DNA of 59,874 nt. Origin: a virus. Taxonomy: Duplodnaviria; Caudoviricetes. The translations under genes were made by a program, and so were the position numbers. Every line of letters begins with the position of its first letter. Positions within the stretch are counted from its first letter, which is position 1. The stretch spans positions 1 to 59,874 of IMG/VR virus record IMGVR_UViG_3300020045_005987; one strand, written 5' to 3'. Below are positions 8,002 through 16,604 of this stretch, piece after piece. The notes beneath the pieces were generated by a model. The model saw only the letters and a list, made by a program, of their open reading frames with translations. It had not been told where the DNA came from and searched no databases.

Positions 8002-8802
8002 GTGACTGAAAACTATTTAACTGTTGATTTGTCCCTGCCGCAATCCAGTGAAATCAGGTCAATGTTCAAGGCCATAGAGCGTGTTCTGCCCGAGGACTTG
8101 ATAGCTGAATTCGATGGTCTTGTTCAGGCAGAGGACATGATGCAATGGTCTTATGGTGACAAGACCAATCAAATTTGGTCTGCTGTATCTGCTAAGAAGC
8201 TAAAGAATAAGAAGGGCAAGCCATACACATTCTTGGACATTTGCTTTTTTGTCAGTGTCAGGTTCTTGCGCCAGACCCGTTCTTTCAACACGGTCAAGAC
8301 ATGGGCTTTGGTTTGCAGGAGATATTCTCCTGTTGTTCGGCAACTCTACAATTATGAAGACATTTGGTTTGCCCATTTTGCTTATGCCGCTAAAAAGATA
8401 TTTGACGTGGATGATACAAATGGTAAAAAGAAATGGCAGAACGTGTTGAGTTTTTCGTACAATCAATCGCTCCGGCAGGGGTACACTGTTAGTGTTCAAC
8501 AGCTTGAATCCTATTTCGAGGGCAGGAAAAAGAACAAGTCAAACTTTGCCCCAACTGTTCATGACTTTGCGCTTGCTGATATTGATCTGTCACCCATTGA
8601 TGTTAATCAGGTGGCTACGATTCAATCTGATGCAGATACTCTGGAAGGGGAGTTTGGAGAAGCCATTCACAGGCTCGGCGGCATAGTCACCAGAATTTCT
8701 GCGAAATATCCCATAATTGGCGGATCAGTAAATCAGGCTTATGCTGTTTTGTCTAATGCTTTACGCGTGATCGTCAGCCCCAAGGAAGAAGAAATTGTAT
8801 AA
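8002..8802 (+). CDS. Hypothetical protein
   Basis: AAGGAG then GTG 8002. Confidence 0.75.
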   Translation: MTENYLTVDLSLPQSSEIRSMFKAIERVLPEDLIAEFDGLVQAEDMMQWSYGDKTNQIWSAVSAKKLKNKKGKPYTFLDICFFVSVRFLRQTRSFNTVKTWALVCRRYSPVVRQLYNYEDIWFAHFAYAAKKIFDVDDTNGKKKWQNVLSFSYNQSLRQGYTVSVQQLESYFEGRKKNKSNFAPTVHDFALADIDLSPIDVNQVATIQSDADTLEGEFGEAIHRLGGIVTRISAKYPIIGGSVNQAYAVLSNALRVIVSPKEEEIV

Positions 8803-8811
8803 GTAAATTCC

Positions 8812-8841
8812 TTGACGAACAAGTAAGTTACATATTATAAT
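8812..8841 (+). promoter_or_regulatory. Sigma70-type promoter
   Basis: TTGACG-18-TATAAT. Confidence 0.65.
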
Positions 8842-8859
8842 CCTTGATAGGAGAACTAA

Positions 8860-9276
8860 ATGCCCAAGAAAATGACTATAGCTGAACTGAAAGCCCTTTA
8901 TCATCCCCTAGCTGACCCCATTCCGGGAGATCCAAACCTGAGAACCAGCGCAACTGCCAAAGGGCATATACATAAAGTTAGTGCTGTTTGGCTCCCACCC
9001 GTTGGCGGTATGACACCTGCTGAGTATAGATACAAGTCAAAAACTCGTACCAAGAAGGCCACAAAGGTTGTCAAAAAATCACCGCCTTATCGTTTATTGG
9101 GCAATAAGAAAATTGCATGTTTGAGTGGGCGTGGTTGTGGCAATATTGTTTCCGAAAAGATTGGCACTTGTCGTGATTGTCGCCGCGCAGGAGTGTTGAA
9201 AGTCAAACGTCTTGCTTACAAGCAATCGAGAATTTCGAAGATGAAAAAGGAGAACAAGAAAAATGGCAAAAAATAA
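8860..9276 (+). CDS. Basic Cys-containing hypothetical protein
   Basis: AGGAG RBS; C-x4-C...CxxC. Confidence 0.7.
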   Translation: MPKKMTIAELKALYHPLADPIPGDPNLRTSATAKGHIHKVSAVWLPPVGGMTPAEYRYKSKTRTKKATKVVKKSPPYRLLGNKKIACLSGRGCGNIVSEKIGTCRDCRRAGVLKVKRLAYKQSRISKMKKENKKNGKK

Positions 9277-9517
9277 ACTTGACCAGCAAGCCTCGATCAC
9301 GTTTCAGGCTCCGCTATCCCGCAAAGAAGCCCTTGAACATCTGGCATTTCAGCTTGGACTTCGTCGTCTGGTGGACAGCAAGGAAACTGGTAATGTGTCT
9401 GCTGTTGTGAATCTGTTCATTGAATTTGCTTTCGAGTTCAAAGAGCAGTTTGCGGAATGGGTCAAAGCCCGCGCCACAAAAGCGATGAATAGTGAGGTGG
9501 TTTATGAAACCCATTAG
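9263..9517 (+). CDS. Small possible ribbon-helix-helix DNA-binding protein
   Basis: AAGGAG RBS; strand-helix-helix pattern (SITFQ...NVSAVV). Confidence 0.55.
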   Translation: MAKNKLDQQASITFQAPLSRKEALEHLAFQLGLRRLVDSKETGNVSAVVNLFIEFAFEFKEQFAEWVKARATKAMNSEVVYETH

Positions 9518-9758
9518 ATTTAGTCTTTGGTTTGAACCTAGTTACATGTGGGTAGGTGTGTCTTGGAAGGCCATATGGATGTGGGATTATATCAATTATG
9601 AAAAGCCTAAGAAAGTCTATATGATTTCTTTGCGTATTTTTATTACGGTTATTCCGACTCTGCCGCTCAGTATTGTTATTGATATACAGCGAGTAAAGTC
9701 GTTGCTCATAAACTTAAAAAAGGAGAGTGACCAGAGAATAGATAATAAAATTGTGTGA
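9504..9758 (+). CDS. Hypothetical protein
   Basis: GAGGTG RBS; overlaps upstream stop. Confidence 0.55.
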   Translation: MKPIRFSLWFEPSYMWVGVSWKAIWMWDYINYEKPKKVYMISLRIFITVIPTLPLSIVIDIQRVKSLLINLKKESDQRIDNKIV

Positions 9759-9818
9759 ATCAAATGTGTTGATAAATTGTGAATAATCCTCTAACAAACA
9801 TAGAAAAGGAAAAATAAA

Positions 9819-10706
9819 ATGTCTAACAAATACACAGATCAAACTTTGCAAGGTGACGCCTATGAAGTGTTGCCCGTTCCATCCTTCAACAAGATTTTTT
9901 GGCGAAGCGGTGACTCTCGTTTATCCCCATTGCTCGGCACAGATCCCGGCCAGTACCTCGGTGAATTTCGTTCCATGACCAAGATGCCGGCGACCAAAGA
10001 CCGTGAGGAAATCATCCTGCCGGTCCTGCCGTGGAAGATTGTCACTCGCAAGGCGGGGCGTGAATCGTACACCCGTTACTCTGCAACTGAAATGTCCTTC
10101 CGGCCAATTCGTGCCCGGCTACGCTATGTCCTGTTTCAGCGTGATAGTCAGGGTATTAAGGCCAAAGATGCCAATGGGCGGGATGTAATCCTGTCCATTA
10201 CCAAGACGTTCGTCAAGGGAAGTGGATTTACTCCGCAGAAGGAAGTTTTTGGCATGGTGTTTGATGATGCCGGAGTTTTCTCCACTTATGCCCTGCTGTC
10301 CATTGATGCATGGTCGTCCTTTATTTCGTATGATCGCGCTGTGAAAGAGTACGAAAAAATCGCCGTGCCTGATGGTCAGCTTGTTGTCTATCGCATTGGT
10401 ACGCGCGGCATTACGTTGAACACTGGTGAGGTTGTACCTAAGACAAGGACTTTTGGCGGTGGTGAAAGTGTTGACATTGAAGCCCTTGATCTTGATAATC
10501 CGTATTTCATGGATATCACTGATGACTTTGACAATATTTGGAATGCGGCTGAGAAATGGTCATCCTGCAAGAAGTGGAATGCCGAAACTGCCAAAGCCAA
10601 AGAAGCGCCAGTTACTTCCATCGGTGAAGTTGATATGAATACCGTCCTTGAAGTGTCGGATAACTTTCCTCATGGAACTCCCGGCGACGATGAATATCCT
10701 GCGTAA
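9819..10706 (+). CDS. Putative ssDNA-binding/annealing protein
   Basis: Beta-rich 295 aa with acidic tail GDDEYPA; function inferred. Confidence 0.5.
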   Translation: MSNKYTDQTLQGDAYEVLPVPSFNKIFWRSGDSRLSPLLGTDPGQYLGEFRSMTKMPATKDREEIILPVLPWKIVTRKAGRESYTRYSATEMSFRPIRARLRYVLFQRDSQGIKAKDANGRDVILSITKTFVKGSGFTPQKEVFGMVFDDAGVFSTYALLSIDAWSSFISYDRAVKEYEKIAVPDGQLVVYRIGTRGITLNTGEVVPKTRTFGGGESVDIEALDLDNPYFMDITDDFDNIWNAAEKWSSCKKWNAETAKAKEAPVTSIGEVDMNTVLEVSDNFPHGTPGDDEYPA

Positions 10707-10716
10707 TAAATAGTTA

Positions 10717-10850
10717 AATGACCTACTGCTTTGTGCGAGAATCAGAAGCACCTAGGCAACCCTGAGCGTAAACCGAAGGTTGAAAGCAGAAAGACGAATG
10801 CAAAAGTAAACCGCTGGTAGGTTCCATCTTCGGCAAAGTGGTAGGTCGTT
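10717..10850 (+). ncRNA. Structured intergenic/leader RNA
   Basis: 17-bp closing stem aatgacctactgctttg/caaagtggtaggtcgtt with three G-U pairs; inner hairpin aacc-gaa-ggtt. Confidence 0.55.
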
Positions 10851-10874
10851 ATCCATCCAAGTAAGGAGATAGAC

Positions 10875-12095
10875 ATGAGTGACATTTCAGTAAAGTTAAG
10901 TTTTGATTATTCCCCGGATACGAATTTTAGTCCTCCGCCATTTCCGTATGTGCCGAATGGAGTAAATGTTCTTGACATTAATAATGTTGATGCCATGCAG
11001 GATTACTTCAAGCAGTGTGGATGGTTTAGTATTTGGGGGAAGGAAATTGAGGGTATTGATGCATCCAAACCCGGCGGCTCCGCCTTTATTGGTTCTGATG
11101 ATAGTTGGTTGTATATGCGTAAGTCTGTAGAGTGGTTACCTGTTGGACAAATAGTTCCGCAACCTATTGTAAAATCCATCGAAGCCAAAGCCAACCTAAA
11201 GAAAGGTTCAGGAGCGAATAGCCCGATAGTAATCAGCATGAATTTGGATGGAGCTAGTTTTGCGTTCCTGCTTCACAAGATTGGATCTGGCACAAATGTC
11301 ATGGGTTTGTTGGGTTCTAATTTATTTCAATCTGAGTTAGGTTTGAAAAATGCCCGTATCCCATTTCCTGCGAACGCAACGTGGATCACGCATCCTCAGT
11401 ACCAAAAAGGAAGGAAAGTAAGTTCTTTGGCAATGGCGTTTAATACAGTCAATGTCAAGATAGATATTCAAACTAATCAGAATCTTGTAATCGGATGGAT
11501 GGCTATGCAGAATCCTTCGGGTGGTTCGATAGTTGGACCACCATCTGGTGGAGCTGTTCACAATTCCATGCCCATTGATGAAATGAGACGGTCTTATCCC
11601 AACACTGCCATTGCAAAACTTGTTGAATGGGGAGTTGCGAATAACTTTATTATGTTTGATCCTCCTATGGTCAGTACTCGCAATTATAAGAAACGCTATT
11701 CTCAGCAACAGCCAAATCTTTTTGACAGTGACAATATTGAGAGTTCAACGCTTTCGGCGGCTCTTGATACTTTTGTTCCTCCGCAAGAATTGGAACTTCC
11801 AGACTTATCCAGAGACGTGAAGTGGAAGTTGAATATTCGCGGGGTTGTCATCCTTGAAAAAGATGGTCAATTGTTATGGCCTCATGAAGTATTTGATCTG
11901 CACCAGATGGTTCAAGACAGCGAATCAATGGGTAGGCAGATTGCAGTTTCCTCCAATGAATACCAAAAGAGTGAGATTGAAGGATACAAGGATAATCTTG
12001 ACAAACAAATCGCCAAAGTACGTGCCTTGTTTGAATATCAGGCTCAGGTTGGCGAGAGTATTTCTTTACAGTCCAGAATTTTTGGAGAGGTGTGA
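10875..12095 (+). CDS. Hypothetical protein (406 aa)
   Basis: CATCCA+AAGGAG leader; no motif recognised. Confidence 0.85.
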   Translation: MSDISVKLSFDYSPDTNFSPPPFPYVPNGVNVLDINNVDAMQDYFKQCGWFSIWGKEIEGIDASKPGGSAFIGSDDSWLYMRKSVEWLPVGQIVPQPIVKSIEAKANLKKGSGANSPIVISMNLDGASFAFLLHKIGSGTNVMGLLGSNLFQSELGLKNARIPFPANATWITHPQYQKGRKVSSLAMAFNTVNVKIDIQTNQNLVIGWMAMQNPSGGSIVGPPSGGAVHNSMPIDEMRRSYPNTAIAKLVEWGVANNFIMFDPPMVSTRNYKKRYSQQQPNLFDSDNIESSTLSAALDTFVPPQELELPDLSRDVKWKLNIRGVVILEKDGQLLWPHEVFDLHQMVQDSESMGRQIAVSSNEYQKSEIEGYKDNLDKQIAKVRALFEYQAQVGESISLQSRIFGEV

Positions 12096-12096
12096 T

Positions 12097-12228
12097 ATGA
12101 AGTATGTTGGAATGTTTTGGCGTGGATTGTGGTTTCCTGTTCTGCGGCTATTTATTTTGTTAACGGCATTTGTAATCATGGTTTCTTATGGACCGGCACG
12201 TGCTATTGAGTGGCTGGATCAGCAATAA
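12097..12228 (+). CDS. Small membrane protein
   Basis: GAGGTG RBS; hydrophobic stretch. Confidence 0.55.
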   Translation: MKYVGMFWRGLWFPVLRLFILLTAFVIMVSYGPARAIEWLDQQ

Positions 12229-12229
12229 T

Positions 12230-12243
12230 TGGGAAGGTTCACA
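12230..12243. promoter_or_regulatory. Operator-like palindrome TGKGAA-N2-YTCMCA, copy 1
   Basis: tgggaaggttcaca; also at 16456 and 24125, each upstream of a promoter. Confidence 0.5.
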
Positions 12244-12279
12244 ATTTTAGCGCACCATTATTCACTTACTTGAATACCC

Positions 12280-12308
12280 TTGACAAATAGCATCGTATCG
12301 GATAGACT
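12280..12308 (+). promoter_or_regulatory. Sigma70-type promoter of MoxR-VWA operon
   Basis: TTGACA-17-TAGACT. Confidence 0.8.
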
Positions 12309-12348
12309 TAGTATTGTTGAATTCAAATCATCCATTAAAGGAGACAAT

Positions 12349-12444
12349 ATGAATAAAAAGCTTGTCATTTTGGTAGCGAATGCAATAATATGGGGATGGA
12401 TTGCATTTGGAATTTGGTTTTTAGTTGCAAGGGTTTTTAGTTAA
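12349..12444 (+). CDS. 31-aa single-pass membrane peptide
   Basis: TCATCCA+AAAGGAG; MNKKLVILVANAIIWGWIAFGIWFLVARVFS. Confidence 0.6.
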   Translation: MNKKLVILVANAIIWGWIAFGIWFLVARVFS

Positions 12445-12472
12445 TCATCCAACTTAAAAGGAGAAATAAGTT

Positions 12473-14470
12473 ATGCCAGCTAAATCAAAAGCAGTTGTAC
12501 AATCTGTCGGGCGCACATTCTCACAGCCTGACGAACTCCGGAACATTCTCGAACCTGTCATGCAAGCGGCAATGCTCGCGTGGCAGAATGTTTTGGTTGT
12601 GTCCAAGCCCGGATGTATTGCTGGTGACGCGATTGTCACCGTAAACCGCGCAGGCAACGGGCGTTCGCTTCCCATCAGTGAGCTTGTTGCTCGGCTGAAT
12701 GGCGGGAAGGTAACCACGAGAGGATGGGACTTATCCATCCCGACTTATATATCCATCGCAAAAGACGGGCTTGTTCGTTCTGTAAAGTTGAAGAATGCTT
12801 GGTGTTCAGGGACTAAAAAGACTTATACGTTGACCACAGCCTCGGGCCGTGAAATCCGCGCCACATCTGACCATCGTTTTATGCGGGAAGATGGTTCGTG
12901 GGCTGAACTAATTGACCTTAAATGGGGAGAGCCAATTTGTGTCAACATTGGCAAGTCTCAAAATGGGAATTCCAAAAAGAATGTCTACTTGGAGATTGTT
13001 ACCAAGTATCACCCGCACCAGAAAAGGAAAAGCAAATTGCTTGATGGGTCATACAGTCATGATGTTTTGGCGCACCGTTTGGCTTATGAAGCAAACATGA
13101 ACGGACTCACCTTCAATGATTATATTTACATTTTGAATCATGTTCCTGCTCAAGCGATGCAACTCCAATACCTACCGGAAGACATCCTTGTTCACCATAT
13201 TGATGAAAACATCAAAAACAATGACCCCGCGAATCTGCAAGCTGTAACCCTAGCCGAGCATCGGGCTATTCACTCTGCTACTGATTTTAAATATGTACTC
13301 GATCAAGTCGGTGTTGAGAAGGTCGAGAGATTGGATTACTTTGGTGAAGAACCGACATATGATATTGAGGTTGATGACGAGAGCCACAACTTCATAGCGA
13401 ATGGCTTTGTTGTTCACAACTGTGGCAAGTCCGAGATTTTGATGGCAATGGGCAAACAGGTATTTGGTCCCGATGTGTTCAATGGTCAGGATCGGACTTT
13501 CGTCCTGCCTTGCACTCCATCCACATTGCCCCCCGACATTGTAGGATATGCCAATCCTGTGTACAGTATTGATCCACAGGCTGAGGAAAAAGGCATTCCC
13601 TACTGGATCGTGAAAGGCACACCGGTTGATGAAGAAATCCTGTATTGCGTTCTTGAAGAAGCAACTCGTATTGGCGACCTCGGTGGTGATACGCTCGTTC
13701 ATGCCATGCATAACATCAGCAAGTTTCATCGTCCGCTTTACATTGCCAATGCAAACTGGTTGATTCCCACCCCTCGCAATGAGGCTTTGCGTGACCGGTT
13801 CAGCTTTACGATTTTCTATCAGCCGTCAGTGGTTGATATTGATGCGCTCGTTGCAAAGCCAACCATTAGTTCATGGCGTTTTGATCTTCCCACATTCGAA
13901 CAAATCGAACAGGTTCAGGCATGGACACGCGATTACATTCAAGCCCCGTTTGATTATCGTTGCAACTCGGTCATCATTGACCTGCTCAAGAATGTGCAAC
14001 GGGTATGTGAAGGCACAAGTTTCGAGTTCAACAACCGGCGCGTTTTCCAACTGCGCTCGATGTTGTATGCGATGGGTTGCCATGCCGAGGGCTCGAATGA
14101 CTTCACAGACATTCCCCGCATTGCCTTTGACGCTCTTGCCTATTCCTATCCAGTAGTGGACTTTCACGAGTCCAGCCAATGGCGCAAGATCATCATGAGT
14201 TTGGTTGATCGTGTCGAAACGGAAATTGCCGAGTTCAAGAGCAATGCTTATGCGGTTTGGAAAGGCATTTTTGCAGAGCATGCGGATCGTAGTGGAAACA
14301 TCAGTGCATCGCAACGGGACGCATTGAATCGCCAACTTGCCCAAACGTGGACCAGTTACGAGAAATCCTTGAAGACCGATTTCCCGAATGACAAGCGCGT
14401 TGCACAAGCCCTTGGTGAAATGTACTCGATCTACCGTGAATTGGTTTTGGGGAAAAACCCTTTGCGTTAG
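12473..14470 (+). CDS. MoxR/RavA-like AAA+ ATPase with intein
   Basis: Walker A SKPG|CGKS split by intein; PSTLPPDIVG; Walker B CVLEE; ALRDRF; adjacent VWA gene. Confidence 0.88.
   Translation: MPAKSKAVVQSVGRTFSQPDELRNILEPVMQAAMLAWQNVLVVSKPGCIAGDAIVTVNRAGNGRSLPISELVARLNGGKVTTRGWDLSIPTYISIAKDGLVRSVKLKNAWCSGTKKTYTLTTASGREIRATSDHRFMREDGSWAELIDLKWGEPICVNIGKSQNGNSKKNVYLEIVTKYHPHQKRKSKLLDGSYSHDVLAHRLAYEANMNGLTFNDYIYILNHVPAQAMQLQYLPEDILVHHIDENIKNNDPANLQAVTLAEHRAIHSATDFKYVLDQVGVEKVERLDYFGEEPTYDIEVDDESHNFIANGFVVHNCGKSEILMAMGKQVFGPDVFNGQDRTFVLPCTPSTLPPDIVGYANPVYSIDPQAEEKGIPYWIVKGTPVDEEILYCVLEEATRIGDLGGDTLVHAMHNISKFHRPLYIANANWLIPTPRNEALRDRFSFTIFYQPSVVDIDALVAKPTISSWRFDLPTFEQIEQVQAWTRDYIQAPFDYRCNSVIIDLLKNVQRVCEGTSFEFNNRRVFQLRSMLYAMGCHAEGSNDFTDIPRIAFDALAYSYPVVDFHESSQWRKIIMSLVDRVETEIAEFKSNAYAVWKGIFAEHADRSGNISASQRDALNRQLAQTWTSYEKSLKTDFPNDKRVAQALGEMYSIYRELVLGKNPLR
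12614..13420 (+). mobile_element. 269-aa intein with HNH endonuclease
   Basis: Starts CIAGD; block B ATSDHRF; ends HNFIANGFVVHN/C; HNH VHHIDENIKNNDPANL. Confidence 0.92.
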
Positions 14471-14475
14471 TAACT

Positions 14476-14536
14476 TTGCGAGCATAATGACGCTGTAAAC
14501 GGTGTTATCTGAAACTAAGTTTTAGTCCCTCCGCAA
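14476..14536 (+). ncRNA. Three-way-junction structured leader of VWA gene
   Basis: ttgcg/cgcaa closing; hairpins acgctg-taaa-cggtgt and ctgaaac-taa-gttttag. Confidence 0.45.
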
Positions 14537-14561
14537 TCTTCATCCAACCAAGGAGAATATT

Positions 14562-16133
14562 ATGAGAAATGATAAAAAGAATGAAATGGTTTTTGGGAGC
14601 AAGTCAAAATTTACTGCCTCTCGCAATAAGTTTGTTGATCCCCTATCCCCAACCATTCAGCATGACTTAACAGCCAGCCAGAAGGTGACAGCTTTGAATG
14701 TTCCCTTGGCATCATTCGGCAATCCAGTGATAGATGATACCCAACGTGATTTGTTTTGGGCGATATACCTTGCCAATTCCAACTTGAAAGAAATATCGCC
14801 TGAGGGACGTGAGTCCGTTCGTGGTATTGTGGATTGGGTTCTCTCTGATCCAAACTTCAAGATGAATGTGTTTGCTCTTGCAAACCATAAGGTCAGTGCC
14901 GCGTCAGCCGCTTATTCAATGGTTGAACAATTGATGGAAATGCCACCTGTGCAGAAAGCCATGCAGGGTTTGGGTGAAGCTGAAAAGATGGAGGAAAATG
15001 CAGACCAGCTTGACAATGAAGCGCAGGATGAACAAAACCAGTCTGGTGATGGACAAGACTCCCAACCTAAAATGTCCCCAAAGCAGAAGCAAGCCCTAGC
15101 GGACAAGCTTCGCCAACAAGCACAGGATAAGCGCGATAAAGCCAACCAAATGTTGGACAGTGTAACCGGCAATGAAACCCGTTCTGGTAGATTTGCCCGT
15201 TCTGGTAGCTTTGCCCGTTCTGGTGCTGTAAAAGCTGGTGCCGAATTTGGCGAGAATGTTGCGGCATTTTTATCTGCATGGGGTATTGATGAAGGCAAAG
15301 GATTGATGCTTTCCCCGGACCAGATCATGTCGATAATGAAATCCTTGTCCTCAACAGGTATTGCAACCCTGACCTCGTTGATTGGTCGTGTGTATGGGAT
15401 TGCGAATGAAACTCTCAAAGGACGAGCACCAGTTCAGATTGTTGCTGATACTGCTGGTTATACCAAGAAGATTTTGAGCATGCATCCTGCGGAAAGATTC
15501 AAGTTGACTCATGCATACCCATTTCGTGATCAAGCGGTTGAAGATTGGTTAAAGCGCGGTCTTGGTGGAATTACCGAAACCATGCAATCGGTCAGAGAAG
15601 GAAACTTCATTTGCTTTGTTGATGGTTCTGGATCAATGTCCCAAATGGAACAGGGCGGAACTCGTGAGGAGATTGCTAAAGCCCTTGCCCTTGGTTTGTC
15701 CAAAGCCGCTATTGAAAATGGGCAGGAGATTATGCTTGCCACCTTTGGTACTGGTAGGGAGTTAACTGATTTGGTTGATAATCGCACCAGCTTTGACAAG
15801 CGTCTTGAATGGGCAAGCTTCATGTTTGATGGTGGTACGAGTATCAATTTTGCCTTGAATACCATGATGGACTTGATAATTGGTATGGATGAAGAAGAAC
15901 GTTTCAAGTCTGATCTTGTAATCATTACAGATGGTGAAGCAGGAGTGAGTGAAGCTACCAAAGATCGTCTGCTTGAAATCAAAGAGGCTTATGGTGTTCG
16001 GTTATTCCTGCTCATGATTACCGGTGAATCTGGTTATGATACATCTGACATTGTTGAAGTGGCTGACAAGATGATGAAGTTCAAGAACCTTGATGATGCC
16101 GCAACGACCCTGTCTGGATTGATATGGATGTAG
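14562..16133 (+). CDS. VWA (MIDAS) domain protein, ViaA/CoxE-like partner
   Basis: DGSGSM, GGT, LVIITDG. Confidence 0.9.
   Translation: MRNDKKNEMVFGSKSKFTASRNKFVDPLSPTIQHDLTASQKVTALNVPLASFGNPVIDDTQRDLFWAIYLANSNLKEISPEGRESVRGIVDWVLSDPNFKMNVFALANHKVSAASAAYSMVEQLMEMPPVQKAMQGLGEAEKMEENADQLDNEAQDEQNQSGDGQDSQPKMSPKQKQALADKLRQQAQDKRDKANQMLDSVTGNETRSGRFARSGSFARSGAVKAGAEFGENVAAFLSAWGIDEGKGLMLSPDQIMSIMKSLSSTGIATLTSLIGRVYGIANETLKGRAPVQIVADTAGYTKKILSMHPAERFKLTHAYPFRDQAVEDWLKRGLGGITETMQSVREGNFICFVDGSGSMSQMEQGGTREEIAKALALGLSKAAIENGQEIMLATFGTGRELTDLVDNRTSFDKRLEWASFMFDGGTSINFALNTMMDLIIGMDEEERFKSDLVIITDGEAGVSEATKDRLLEIKEAYGVRLFLLMITGESGYDTSDIVEVADKMMKFKNLDDAATTLSGLIWM
15178..15225 (+). repeat. In-frame 18-bp tandem repeat (RSGxFA, about 2.7 copies)
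   Basis: cccgttctggtag(a/c)tttg at 15178 and 15196, partial at 15214. Confidence 0.9.
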
Positions 16134-16423
16134 TCATGAATACATCGGAAGATGCAACCTTTATTCTTACGAAAGGCAAAAGGCATTTTGTCAAAGCCAA
16201 CCGATGGGAAGTTGTGTCATCGCCCTTGAATGGTTATCTGCGCGGGACACAACTCCCCACCAGCGAAGCCAAAAAGATGTTGAGTTATGGAGATTTTTAT
16301 GATGATGGTACATGCCTGCACATCTATCCCGAGGATGTTTTAGTTTGGGTGAAAGGTCGCAAGCTTTATTTGGATCAGGAATGTTGTACTGAATCCAGCA
16401 AGGAACTCTCTGGATTGAAATGA
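16124..16423 (+). CDS. Hypothetical protein
   Basis: Overlaps VWA stop. Confidence 0.65.
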   Translation: MDVVMNTSEDATFILTKGKRHFVKANRWEVVSSPLNGYLRGTQLPTSEAKKMLSYGDFYDDGTCLHIYPEDVLVWVKGRKLYLDQECCTESSKELSGLK

Positions 16424-16474
16424 TCTAGCATGTTCAAGAAACATTGCAATATTATTGGGAAGGCTCCCATTTAC

Positions 16475-16503
16475 TTGACATTCCTTGACAAATAGGCTAG
16501 ACT
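16475..16503 (+). promoter_or_regulatory. Sigma70-type promoter with upstream palindrome (16456-16469)
   Basis: TTGACA-17-TAGACT with AGGC. Confidence 0.8.
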
Positions 16504-16511
16504 TAAAACAT

Positions 16512-16576
16512 AAGAACTTTGATTGATGTGAATCAAGTCATCGTAAACAGTAGTTAGGAAACTGGTCGAGGTTCTT
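16512..16576 (+). ncRNA. Three-way-junction 5' leader
   Basis: 13-bp stem aagaactttgatt/ggtcgaggttctt; gatg/catc; GTAAA linker; cagt/actg. Confidence 0.5.
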
Positions 16577-16604
16577 TCCTTCATCCAAATAAGGAGAATA
16601 AAAG

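Noticed and set aside
10750-10830. c-di-GMP-I riboswitch or hammerhead in the 10717 element
   Set aside because: Only scattered words match (GGCAA, GAAAG, UAAACC; CUGAG..GAAA); the required core spacing is absent
16512-16576. Hammerhead ribozyme
   Set aside because: The core reads UUGAUGU/GUAAAC, not CUGANGA/GAAA
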